Positions 27,601-41,794 of a DNA stretch of 64,000 nucleotides are shown here, piece after piece. Every line of letters starts with the position of its first letter. Position 1 is the stretch's first letter. Source of the stretch: Auanema rhodensis (Eukaryota > Animalia > Nematoda). The translations under genes were made by a program, and so were the position numbers. The stretch covers positions 3,968,001-4,032,000 of the forward strand of contig OZ059897.1 in assembly GCA_964057225.1 (NCBI GenBank). Direction: 5' to 3'. The notes below the pieces were generated by a model, which was not told where the DNA came from, did not search any database, and saw only the letters and a program-made list of their open reading frames with translations.

Positions 27601-30600
27601 ATACACTAATGCATTATTTTTCAAACGATCATAACTAATTTTTGTATAGAGCGTTTCTCAATGTAGTATAGTGCTGTCGATGCGGATTTTTAAGCTGCGT
27701 TGATCTGTGTTATCAGATTTGAGTTAGCTTAAAAATGCACCGAGATATCAACTGATATATGTTCACGCTTATATCCTCGATTTTCACACTGAAGAAATGA
27801 TTTTTTCGTTGAATAACATTGTCCATCGTCTTCGTCTTGAAAAAAAGAATCTAAAAACATCTACTTTTTGTGAAATTATTTAGAAATTTTTCGGGAAAAT
27901 TTTTGTCAAAATGTTTTTGGAAGCAATGTTGAGTGTACATGGGAACTCAACATACACTAATGCATTATTTTTCAAACGATCATAACTAATTTTTGTATAG
28001 AGCGTTTCTCAATGTAGTATAGTGCATTCGATGCGGATTTTTAAGCTGCGTTGATCTGTGTTATCAGATTTGAGTTAACTTAAAAATGCACCGAGATATC
28101 AACTGATATAGGTTCACACTTATATCCTCGATTTTCACCCTGAAGAAATGATTTTTTCGTTGAAAAACATTGTCCATCGTATTCGTCTTGAAAAAAGGAA
28201 TCTAAAAACATCTACTTTTTGTGAAATTATTTAGAAATTTTTCGGGAAAATTTTTGTCAAAATGTTTTTGGAAGCAATGTTGAGTGTACATGGGAACTCA
28301 ACATACACTAATGCATTATTTTTCAAACGATCATAACTAATTTTTGTATAGAGCGTTTCTCAATGTAGTATAGTGCATTCGATGCGGATTTTTAAGCTGC
28401 GTTGATCTGTGTTATCAGATTTGAGTTAACTTAAAAATGCACCGAGATATCAACTGATATAGGTTCACACTTATATCCTCGATTTTCACCCTGAAGAAAT
28501 GATTTTTTCGTTGAAAAACATTGTCCATCGTATTCGTCTTGAAAAAAGGAATCTAAAAACATCTACTTTTTGTGAAATTATTTAGAAATTTTTCGGGAAA
28601 ATTTTTGTCAAAATGTTTTTGGAAGCAATGTTGAGTGTACATGGGAACTCAACATACACTAATGCATTATTTTTCAAACGATCATAACTAATTTTTGTAT
28701 AGAGCGTTTCTCAATGTAGTATAGTGCATTCGATGCGGATTTTTAAGCTGCGTTGATCTGTGTTATCAGATTTGAGTTAACTTAAAAATGCACCGAGATA
28801 TCAACTGATATAGGTTCACACTTATATCCTCGATTTTCACCCTGAAGAAATGATTTTTTCGTTGAAAAACATTGTCCATCGTATTCGTCTTGAAAAAAGG
28901 AATCTAAAAACATCTACTTTTTGTGAAATTATTTAGAAATTTTTCGGGAAAATTTTTGTCAAAATGTTTTTGGAAGCAATGTTGAGTGTACATGGGAACT
29001 CAACATACACTAATGCATTATTTTTCAAACGATCATAACTAATTTTTGTATAGAGCGTTTCTCAATGTAGTATAGTGCACTCGATGCGGATTTTTAAGCT
29101 GCGTCGATCTGTGTTATCAGATTTGAGTTAGCTTAAAAATGCACCGAGATATCAACTGATATATGTTCACACTTATATCCTCGATTTTCACCCTGAAGAA
29201 ATGATTTTTTCGTTAAAAAACATTGTCCATCGTATTCGTCTTGAAAAAAGGAATCTAAAAACATCTACTTTTTGTGAAATTATTTAGAAATTTTTCGGGA
29301 AAATTTTTGTCAAAATGTTTTTGGAAGCAATGTTGAGTGTACATGGGAACTCAACATACACTAATGCATTATTTTTCAAACGATCATAACTAATTTTTGT
29401 ATAGAGCGTTTCTCATTGTAGTATAGTGCATTCGATGCGGATTTTTAAGCTGCGTTGATCTGTGTTATCAGATTTGCGCTAGCTTAAAAATGCACCGAGT
29501 AATCAACTGATATAGGTTCACACTTATATCCTCGATTTTCACCCTGAAGAATTAATTTTTTCGTTGAATAACATTGTCCATCGTCTTTGCCTTGAAAAAA
29601 GAAATCTAAAAACATCTACTTTTTGTGAAATTATTTAGAAATTTTTCGGGAAAATTTTTGTCACAATGTTTTTGGAAGCAATGTTGAGTGTACATGGGAA
29701 CTCAGCATACACTAATGCATTATTTTTCAAACGATCATAACTAATTTTTGTATAGAGCGTTTCTCAATGTAGTATAGTGCTGTCGATGCGGATTTTTAAG
29801 CTGCGTTGATCTGTGTTATCAGATTTGAGTTAGCTTAAAAATGCACCGAGATATCAACTGATATATGTTCACGCTTATATCCTCGATTTTCACCCTGAAG
29901 AAATGATTTTTTCGTTGAATAACATTGTCCATCGTCTTCGTCTTGAAAAAAGGAAACTAAAAACATCTACTTTTTGTGAAATTATTTAGAAATTTTTCGG
30001 GAAAATTTTTGTCAAAATGTTTTTGGAAGCAATGTTGAGTGTACATGGGAACTCAACATACACTAATGCATTATTTTTCAAACGATCATAACTAATTTTT
30101 GTATTAAGCGTTTATCAATGTAGTATAGTGCATTCGATGCGGATTTTTAAGCTGCGTCGATCTGTGTTATCAGATTTGCGCTAGCTTGAAAATGCACCGA
30201 GATATCAACTGATATAGGTTCACACTTATATCCTCGATTTTCACCCTGAAGAATTAATTTTTTCGTTGAATAACATTGTCCATCGTCTTTGCCTTGAAAA
30301 AAGGAATCTAAAAACATCTACTTTTTGTGAAATTATTTAGAAATTTTTCGGGAAAATTTTTGTCACAATGTTTTTGGAAGCAATGTTGAGTGTACATGGG
30401 AACTCAGCATACACTAATGCATTATTTTTCAAACGATCATAACTAATTTTCGTATAGAGCGTTTCTCAATGTAGTATAGTGCTGTCGATGCGGATTTTTA
30501 AGCTGCGTTGATCTGTGTTATCAGATTTGAGTTAGCTTAAAAATGCACCGAGATATCAACTGATATATGTTCACGCTTATATCCTCGATTTTCACCCTGA

Positions 30601-30609
30601 AGAAATGAT

Positions 30610-33460
30610 TTTTTCGTTGAATAACATTGTCCATCGTCTTTGCCTTGAAAAAAGGAATCTAAAAACATCTACTTTTTGTGAAATTATCTAGAAATTTTTC
30701 GGGAAAATTTTTGTCACAATGTTTTTGGAAGCAATGTTGAGTGTACATGGGAACTCAGCATACACTAATGCATTATTTTTCAAACGATCATAACTAATTT
30801 TTGTATAGAGCGTTTCTCAATGTAGTATAGTGCTGTCGATGCGGATTTTTAAGCTGCGTTGATCTGTGTTATCAGATTTGAGTTAGCTTAAAAATGCACC
30901 GAGATATCAACTGATATATGTTCACGCTTATATCCTCGATTTTCACACTGAAGAAATGATTTTTTCGTTGAATAACATTGTCCATCGTCTTTGCCTTGAA
31001 AAAAGGAATCTAAAAACATCTACTTTTTGTGAAATTATCTAGAAATTTTTCGGGAAAATTTTTGTCAAAATGTTTTTGGAAGCAATGTTGAGTGTACATG
31101 GGAACTCCACATACACTAATGCATTATTTTTCAAACGATCATAACTAATTTTTGTATAGAGCGTTTCTCAATGTAGTATAGTGCATTCGATGCGGATTTT
31201 TAAGCTGCGTTGATCTGTGTTATCAGATTTGAGTTAGCTTAAAAATGCACCGAGATATCAACTGATATATGTTCACGCTTATATCCTCGATTTTCACCCT
31301 GAAGAAATGATTTTTTCGTTGAATAACATTGTCCATCGTCTTCGTCTTGAAAAAAGGAATCTAAAAACATCTACTTTTTGTGAAATTATTTAGAAATTTT
31401 TCGGGAAAATTTTTGTCAAAATGTTTTTGGAAGCAATGTTGAGTGTACATGGGAACTCAACATACACTAATGCATTATTTTTCAAACGATCATAACTAAT
31501 TTTTGTATTAAGCGTTTATCAATGTAGTATAGTGCATTCGATGCGGATTTTTAAGCTGCGTCGATCTGTGTTATCAGATTTGCGCTAGCTTGAAAATGCA
31601 CCGAGATATCAACTGATATAGGTTCACACTTATATCCTCGATTTTCACCCTGAAGAATTAATTTTTTCGTTGAATAACATTGTCCATCGTCTTTGCCTTG
31701 AAAAAAGGAATCTAAAAACATCTACTTTTTGTGAAATTATTCAGAAATTTTTCGGGAAAATTTTTGTCACAATGTTTTTGGAAGCAATGTTGAGTGTACA
31801 TGGGAACTCAGCATACACTAATGCATTATTTTTCAAACGATCATAACTAATTTTTGTATAGAGCGTTTCTCAATGTAGTATAGTGCATTCGATGCGGATT
31901 TTTAAGCTGCGTTGATCTGTGTTATCAGATTTGCGCTAGCTTAAAAATGCACCGAGTAATCAACTGATATAGGTTCACACTTATATCCTCGATTTTCACC
32001 CTGAAGAATTAATTTTTTCGTTGAATAACATTGTCCATCGTCTTTGCCTTGAAAAAAGGAATCTAAAAACATCTACTTTTTGTGAAATTATCTAGAAATT
32101 TTTCGGGAAAATTTTTGTCACAATGTTTTTGGAAGCAATGTTGAGTGTACATGGGAACTCAGCATACACTAATGCATTATTTTTCAAACGATCATAACTA
32201 ATTTTTGTATAGAGCGTTTCTCAATGTAGTATAGTGCTGTCGATGCGGATTTTTAAGCTGCGTTGATCTGTGTTATCAGATTTGAGTTAGCTTAAAAATG
32301 CACCGAGATATCAACTGATATATGTTCACGCTTATATCCTCGATTTTCACACTGAAGAAATGATTTTTTCGTTGAATAACATTGTCCATCGTCTTTGCCT
32401 TGAAAAAAGGAATCTAAAAACATCTACTTTTTGTGAAATTATCTAGAAATTTTTCGGGAAAATTTTTGTCAAAATGTTTTTGGAAGCAATGTTGAGTGTA
32501 CATGGGAACTCCACATACACTAATGCATTATTTTTCAAACGATCATAACTAATTTTTGTATAGAGCGTTTCTCAATGTAGTATAGTGCATTCGATGCGGA
32601 TTTTTAAGCTGCGTTGATCTGTGTTATCAGATTTGAGTTAGCTTAAAAATGCACCGAGATATCAACTGATATATGTTCACGCTTATATCCTCGATTTTCA
32701 CCCTGAAGAAATGATTTTTTCGTTGAATAACATTGTCCATCGTCTTCGTCTTGAAAAAAGGAATCTAAAAACATCTACTTTTTGTGAAATTATTTAGAAA
32801 TTTTTCGGGAAAATTTTTGTCAAAATGTTTTTGGAAGCAATGTTGAGTGTACATGGGAACTCAACATACACTAATGCATTATTTTTCAAACGATCATAAC
32901 TAATTTTTGTATTAAGCGTTTATCAATGTAGTATAGTGCATTCGATGCGGATTTTTAAGCTGCGTCGATCTGTGTTATCAGATTTGCGCTAGCTTGAAAA
33001 TGCACCGAGATGTCAACTGATATAGGTTCACACTTATATCCTCGATTTTCACCCTGAAGAATTAATTTTTTCGTTGAATAACATTGTCCATCGTCTTTGC
33101 CTTGAAAAAAGAAATCTAAAAACATCTACTTTTTGTGAAATTATTCAGAAATTTTTCGGGAAAATTTTTGTCACAATGTTTTTGGAAGCAATGTTGAGTG
33201 TACATGGGAACTCAGCATACACTAATGCATTATTTTTCAAACGATCATAACTAATTTTTGTATAGAGCGTTTCTCAATGTAGTATAGTGCATTCGATGCG
33301 GATTTTTAAGCTGCGTTGATCTGTGTTATCAGATTTGCGCTAGCTTAAAAATGCACCGAGTAATCAACTGATATAGGTTCACACTTATATCCTCGATTTT
33401 CACCCTGAAGAATTAATTTTTTCGTTGAATAACATTGTCCATCGTCTTTGCCTTGAAAAA
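30610..33460 (+). repeat. 4-monomer (1404 bp) tandem duplication
   Basis: GAACTCCAC variant at 31108 and 32512. Pairs of TATCTAGA monomers at ~30688/31039 and ~32092/32443. Confidence 0.85.
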
Positions 33461-36400
33461 AGAAATCTAAAAACATCTACTTTTTGTGAAATTATTCAGA
33501 AATTTTTCGGGAAAATTTTTGTCACAATGTTTTTGGAAGCAATGTTAAGTGTACATGGGAACTCAACACACACTAATGCAATTTTTTTTCAAACGATCAT
33601 AACTAATTTTTGTATAGAGCGTTTCTCAATGTAGTATAGTGCATTCGATGCGGATTTTTAAGCTGCGTCGATCTGTGTTATCCGATTTGAGTGAGCTTAA
33701 AAATGCACCGAGATATCAACTGATATAGGTTCACACTTATATCCTCGATTTTCACCCTGAAGAATTAATTTTTTCGTTGAAAAACATTGTCCATCGTATT
33801 CGTCTTGAAAAAAAGAATCTAAAAACATCTACTTTTTGTGAAATTATTTAGAAATTTTTCGGGAAAATTTTTGTCAAAATGTTTTTGGAAGCAATGTTGA
33901 GTGTACATGGGAACTCAACATACACTAATGCATTATTTTTCAAACGATCATAACTAATTTTTGTATAGAGCGTTTCTCAATGTAGTATAGTGCATTCGAT
34001 GCGGATTTTTAAGCTGCGTTGATCTGTGTTATCAGATTTGAGTTAACTTAAAAATGCACCGAGATATCAACTGATATAGGTTCACACTTATATCCTCGAT
34101 TTTCACCCTGAAGAAATGATTTTTTCGTTGAAAAACATTGTCCATCGTATTCGTCTTGAAAAAAGGAATCTAAAAACATCTACTTTTTGTGAAATTATTT
34201 AGAAATTTTTCGGGAAAATTTTTGTCAAAATGTTTTTGGAAGCAATGTTGAGTGTACATGGGAACTCAACATACACTAATGCATTATTTTTCAAACGATC
34301 ATAACTAATTTTTGTATAGAGCGTTTCTCAATGTAGTATAGTGCATTCGATGCGGATTTTTAAGCTGCGTTGATCTGTGTTATCAGATTTGAGTTAGCTT
34401 AAAAATGCACCGAGATATCAACTGATATAGGTTTACACTTATATCCTCGATTTTCACCCTGAAGAAATGATTTTTTCGTTGAATAACATTGTCCATCGTA
34501 TTCGTCTTGAAAAAAGGAATCTAAAAACATCTACTTTTTGTGAAATTATTTAGAAATTTTTCGGGAAAATTTTTGTCAAAATGTTTTTGGAAGCAATGTT
34601 GAGTGTACATGGGAACTCAACATACACTAATGCATTATTTTTCAAACGATCATAACTAATTTTTGTATAGAGCGTTTCTCAATGTAGTATAGTGCATTCG
34701 ATGCGGATTTTTAAGCTGCGTTGATCTGTGTTATCAGATTTGAGTTAACTTAAAAATGCACCGAGATATCAACTGATATATGTTCACACTTATATCCTCG
34801 ATTTTCACCCTGAAGAAATGATTTTTTCGTTGAATAACATTGTCCATCGTCTTCGTCTTGAAAAAAGGAATCTAAAAACATCTACTTTTTGTGAAATTAT
34901 TTAGAATTTTTTCGGGAAAATTTTTGTCAAAATGTTTTTGGAAGCAATGTTGAGTGTACATGGGAACTCAACATACACTAATGCATTATTTTTCAAACGA
35001 TCATAACTAATTTTTGTATTAAGCGTTTATCAATGTAGTATAGTGCATTCGATGCGGATTTTTAAGCTGCGTCGATCTGTGTTATCAGATTTGCGCTAGC
35101 TTGAAAATGCACCGAGATATCAACTGATATAGGTTCACACTTATATCCTCGATTTTCACCCTGAAGAATCAATTTTTTCGTTGAATAACATTGTCCATCG
35201 TCTTTGCCTTGAAAAAAGGAATCTAAAAACATCTACTTTTTGTGAAATTATTCAGAAATTTTTCGGGAAAATTTTTGTCACAATGTTTTTGGAAGCAATG
35301 TTGAGTGTACATGGGAACTCAGCATACACTAATGCATTATTTTTCAAACGATCATAACTAATTTTTGTATAGAGCGTTTCTCAATGTAGTATAGTGCATT
35401 CGATGCGGATTTTTAAGCTGCGTTGATCTGTGTTATCAGATTTGAGTTAACTTAAAAATGCACCGAGATATCAACTGATATATGTTCACACTTATATCCT
35501 CGATTTTCACCCTGAAGAAATGATTTTTTCGTTGAATAACATTGTCCATCGTCTTCGTCTTGAAAAAAGGAATCTAAAAACATCTACTTTTTGTGAAATT
35601 ATTTAGAATTTTTTCGGGAAAATTTTTGTCAAAATGTTTTTGGAAGCAATGTTGAGTGTACATGGGAACTCAACATACACTAATGCATTATTTTTCAAAC
35701 GATCATAACTAATTTTTGTATTAAGCGTTTATCAATGTAGTATAGTGCATTCGATGCGGATTTTTAAGCTGCGTCGATCTGTGTTATCAGATTTGCGCTA
35801 GCTTGAAAATGCACCGAGATATCAACTGATATAGGTTCACACTTATATCCTCGATTTTCACCCTGAAGAATCAATTTTTTCGTTGAATAACATTGTCCAT
35901 CGTCTTTGCCTTGAAAAAAGGAATCTAAAAACATCTACTTTTTGTGAAATTATTCAGAAATTTTTCGGGAAAATTTTTGTCACAATGTTTTTGGAAGCAA
36001 TGTTGAGTGTACATGGGAACTCAGCATACACTAATGCATTATTTTTCAAACGATCATAACTAATTTTTGTATAGAGCGTTTCTCAATGTAGTATAGTGCA
36101 TTCGATGCGGATTTTTAAGCTGCGTTGATCTGTGTTATCAGATTTGCGCTAGCTTAAAAATGCACCGAGTAATCAACTGATATAGGTTCACACTTATATC
36201 CTCGATTTTCACCCTGAAGAATTAATTTTTTCGTAGAATAACATTGTCCATCGTCTTTGCCTTGAAAAAAGAAATCTAAAAACATCTACTTTTTGTGAAA
36301 TTATTCAGAAATTTTTCGGGAAAATTTTTGTCACAATGTTTTTGGAAGCAATGTTAAGTGTACATGGGAACTCAACACACACTAATGCAATTTTTTTTCA

Positions 36401-39400
36401 AACGATCATAACTAATTTTTGTATAGAGCGTTTCTCAATGTAGTATAGTGCATTCGATGCGGATTTTTAAGCTGCGTCGATCTGTGTTATCCGATTTGAG
36501 TGAGCTTAAAAATGCACCGAGATATCAACTGATATAGGTTCACACTTATATCCTCGATTTTCACCCTGAAGAATTAATTTTTTCGTTGAAAAACATTGTC
36601 CATCGTATTCGTCTTGAAAAAAAGAATCTAAAAACATCTACTTTTTGTGAAATTATTTAGAAATTTTTCGGGAAAATTTTTGTCAAAATGTTTTTGGAAG
36701 CAATGTTGAGTGTACATGGGAACTCAACATACACTAATGCATTATTTTTCAAACGATCATAACTAATTTTTGTATAGAGCGTTTCTCAATGTAGTATAGT
36801 GCATTCGATGCGGATTTTTAAGCTGCGTTGATCTGTGTTATCAGATTTGAGTTAACTTAAAAATGCACCGAGATATCAACTGATATAGGTTCACACTTAT
36901 ATCCTCGATTTTCACCCTGAAGAAATGATTTTTTCGTTGAAAAACATTGTCCATCGTATTCGTCTTGAAAAAAGGAATCTAAAAACATCTACTTTTTGTG
37001 AAATTATTTAGAAATTTTTCGGGAAAATTTTTGTCAAAATGTTTTTGGAAGCAATGTTGAGTGTACATGGGAACTCAACATACACTAATGCATTATTTTT
37101 CAAACGATCATAACTAATTTTTGTATAGAGCGTTTCTCAATGTAGTATAGTGCATTCGATGCGGATTTTTAAGCTGCGTTGATCTGTGTTATCAGATTTG
37201 AGTTAACTTAAAAATGCACCGAGATATCAACTGATATAGGTTTACACTTATATCCTCGATTTTCACCCTGAAGAAATGATTTTTTCGTTGAAAAACATTG
37301 TCCATCGTATTCGTCTTGAAAAAAGGAATCTAAAAACATCTACTTTTTGTGAAATTATTTAGAAATTTTTCGGGAAAATTTTTGTCAAAATGTTTTTGGA
37401 AGCAATGTTGAGTGTACATGGGAACTCAACATACACTAATGCATTATTTTTCAAACGATCATAACTAATTTTTGTATAGAGCGTTTCTCAATGTAGTATA
37501 GTGCATTCGATGCGGATTTTTAAGCTGCGTTGATCTGTGTTATCAGATTTGAGTTAACTTAAAGATGCACCGAGATATCAACTGATATATGTTCACACTT
37601 ATATCCTCGATTTTCACCCTGAAGAAATGATTTTTTCGTTGAAAAACATTGTCCATCGTATTCGTCTTGAAAAAAGGAATCTAAAAACATCTACTTTTTG
37701 TGAAATTATTTAGAAATTTTTCGGGAAAATTTTTGTCAAAATGTTTTTGGAAGCAATGTTGAGTGTACATGGGAACTCAACATACACTAATGCATTATTT
37801 TTCAAACGATCATAACTAATTTTTGTATAGAGCGTTTCTCAATGTAGTATAGTGCATTCGATGCGGATTTTTAAGCTGCGTTGATCTGTGTTATCAGATT
37901 TGAGTTAACTTAAAAATGCACCGAGATATCAACTGATATATGTTCACACTTATATCCTCGATTTTCACCCTGAAGAAATGATTTTTTCGTTGAATAACAT
38001 TGTCCATCGTCTTCGTCTTGAAAAAAGGAATCTAAAAACATCTACTTTTTGTGAAATTATTTAGAATTTTTTCGGGAAAATTTTTGTCACAATGTTTTTG
38101 GAAGCAATGTTGAGTGTACATGGGAACTCAGCATACACTAATGCATTATTTTTCAAACGATCATAACTAATTTTTGTATAGAGCGTTTCTCAATGTAGTA
38201 TAGTGCATTCGATGCGGATTTTTAAGCTGCGTTGATCTGTGTTATCAGATTTGAGTTAACTTAAAAATGCACCGAGATATCAACTGATATATGTTCACAC
38301 TTATATCCTCGATTTTCACCCTGAAGAAATGATTTTTTCGTTGAATAACATTGTCCATCGTCTTCGTCTTGAAAAAAGGAATCTAAAAACATCTACTTTT
38401 TGTGAAATTATTCAGAAATTTTTCGGGAAAATTTTTGTCACAATGTTTTTGGAAGCAATGTTAAGTGTACATGGGAACTCAACACACACTAATGCAATTT
38501 TTTTTCAAACGATCATAACTAATTTTTGTATAGAGCGTTTCTCAATGTAGTATAGTGCATTCGATGCGGATTTTTAAGCTGCGTCGATCTGTGTTATCCG
38601 ATTTGAGTGAGCTTAAAAATGCACCGAGATATCAACTGATATAGGTTCACACTTATATCCTCGATTTTCACCCTGAAGAATTAATTTTTTCGTTGAAAAA
38701 CATTGTCCATCGTATTCGTCTTGAAAAAAAGAATCTAAAAACATCTACTTTTTGTGAAATTATTTAGAAATTTTTCGGGAAAATTTTTGTCAAAATGTTT
38801 TTGGAAGCAATGTTGAGTGTACATGGGAACTCAACATACACTAATGCATTATTTTTCAAACGATCATAACTAATTTTTGTATAGAGCGTTTCTCAATGTA
38901 GTATAGTGCATTCGATGCGGATTTTTAAGCTGCGTTGATCTGTGTTATCAGATTTGAGTTAACTTAAAAATGCACCGAGATATCAACTGATATAGGTTCA
39001 CACATATATCCTCGATTTTCACCCTGAAGAAATGATTTTTTCGTTGAAAAACATTGTCCATCGTATTCGTCTTGAAAAAAGGAATCTAAAAACATCTTTT
39101 TTTTGTGAAATTATTTAGAAATTTTTCGGGAAAATTTTTGTCAAAATGTTTTTGGAAGCAATGTTGAGTGTACATGGGAACTCAACATACACTAATGCAT
39201 TATTTTTCAAACGATCATAACTAATTTTTGTATAGAGCGTTTCTCAATGTAGTATAGTGCATTCGATGCGGATTTTTAAGCTGCGTTGATCTGTGTTATC
39301 AGATTTGAGTTAACTTAAAAATGCACCGAGATATCAACTGATATAGGTTCACACTTATATCCTCGATTTTCACCCTGAAGAAATGATTTTTTCGTTGAAA

Positions 39401-41794
39401 AACATTGTCCATCGTATTCGTCTTGAAAAAAGGAATCTAAAAACATCTACTTTTTGTGAAATTATTTAGAAATTTTTCGGGAAAATTTTTGTCAAAATGT
39501 TTTTGGAAGCAATGTTGAGTGTACATGGGAACTCAACATACACTAATGCATTATTTTTCAAACGATCATAACTAATTTTTGTATAGAGCGTTTCTCAATG
39601 TAGTATAGTGCATTCGATGCGGATTTTTAAGCTGCGTTGATCTGTGTTATCAGATTTGAGTTAACTTAAAAATGCACCGAGATATCAACTGATATATGTT
39701 CACACTTATATCCTCGATTTTCACCCTGAAGAAATGATTTTTTCGTTGAATAACATTGTCCATCGTCTTCGTCTTGAAAAAAGGAATCTAAAAACATCTA
39801 CTTTTTGTGAAATTATTTAGAATTTTTTCGGGAAAATTTTTGTCAAAATGTTTTTGGAAGCAATGTTGAGTGTACATGGGAACTCAACATACACTAATGC
39901 ATTATTTTTCAAACGATCATAACTAATTTTTGTATAGAGCGTTTCTCAATGTAGTATAGTGCATTCGATGCGGATTTTTAAGCTGCGTTGATCTGTGTTA
40001 TCAGATTTGAGTTAACTTAAAAATGCACCGAGATATCAACTGATATAGGTTCACACTTATATCCTCGATTTTCACCCTGAAGAAATGATTTTTTCGTTGA
40101 AAAACATTGTCCATCGTATTCGTCTTGAAAAAAGGAATCTAAAAACATCTTTTTTTTGTGAAATTATTTAGAAATTTTTCGGGAAAATTTTTGTCAAAAT
40201 GTTTTTGGAAGCAATGTTGAGTGTACATGGGAACTCAACATACACTAATGCATTATTTTTCAAACGATCATAACTAATTTTTGTATAGAGCGTTTCTCAA
40301 TGTAGTATAGTGCATTCGATGCGGATTTTTAAGCTGCGTTGATCTGTGTTATCAGATTTGAGTTAACTTAAAAATGCACCGAGATATCAACTGATATAGG
40401 TTCACACTTATATCCTCGATTTTCACCCTGAAGAAATGATTTTTTCGTTGAAAAACATTGTCCATCGTATTCGTCTTGAAAAAAGGAATCTAAAAACATC
40501 TACTTTTTGTGAAATTATTTAGAAATTTTTCGGGAAAATTTTTGTCAAAATGTTTTTGGAAGCAATGTTGAGTGTACATGGGAACTCAACATACACTAAT
40601 GCATTATTTTTCAAACGATCATAACTAATTTTTGTATAGAGCGTTTCTCAATGTAGTATAGTGCATTCGATGCGGATTTTTAAGCTGCGTTGATCTGTGT
40701 TATCAGATTTGAGTTAACTTAAAAATGCACCGAGATATCAACTGATATATGTTCACACTTATATCCTCGATTTTCACCCTGAAGAAATGATTTTTTCGTT
40801 GAATAACATTGTCCATCGTCTTCGTCTTGAAAAAAGGAATCTAAAAACATCTACTTTTTGTGAAATTATTTAGAATTTTTTCGGGAAAATTTTTGTCAAA
40901 ATGTTTTTGGAAGCAATGTTGAGTGTACATGGGAACTCAACATACACTAATGCATTATTTTTCAAACGATCATAACTAATTTTTGTATAGAGCGTTTCTC
41001 AATGTAGTATAGTGCATTCGATGCGGATTTTTAAGCTGCGTTGATCTGTGTTATCAGATTTGAGTTAACTTAAAAATGCACCGAGATATCAACTGATATA
41101 GGTTCACACTTATATCCTCGATTTTCACCCTGAAGAAATGATTTTTTCGTTGAATAACATTGTCCATCGTCTTCGTCTTGAAAAAAGGAATCTAAAAACA
41201 TCTACTTTTTGTGAAATTATTTAGAATTTTTTCGGGAAAATTTTTGTCAAAATGTTTTTGGAAGCAATGTTGAGTGTACATGGGAACTCAACATACACTA
41301 ATGCATTATTTTTCAAACGATCATAACTAATTTTTGTATTAAGCGTTTATCAATGTAGTATAGTGCATTCGATGCGGATTTTTAAGCTGCGTCGATCTGT
41401 GTTATCAGATTTGCGCTAGCTTGAAAATGCACCGAGATATCAACTGATATAGGTTCACACTTATATCCTCGATTTTCACCCTGAAGAATTAATTTTTTCG
41501 TTGAATAACATTGTCCATCGTCTTTGCCTTGAAAAAAGGAATCTAAAAACATCTACTTTTTGTGAAATTATTTAGAATTTTTTCGGGAAAATTTTTGTCA
41601 AAATGTTTTTGGAAGCAATGTTGAGTGTACATGGGAACTCAACATACACTAATGCATTATTTTTCAAACGATCATAACTAATTTTTGTATTAAGCGTTTA
41701 TCAATGTAGTATAGTGCATTCGATGCGGATTTTTAAGCTGCGTCGATCTGTGTTATCAGATTTGCGCTAGCTTGAAAATGCACCGAGATATCAA

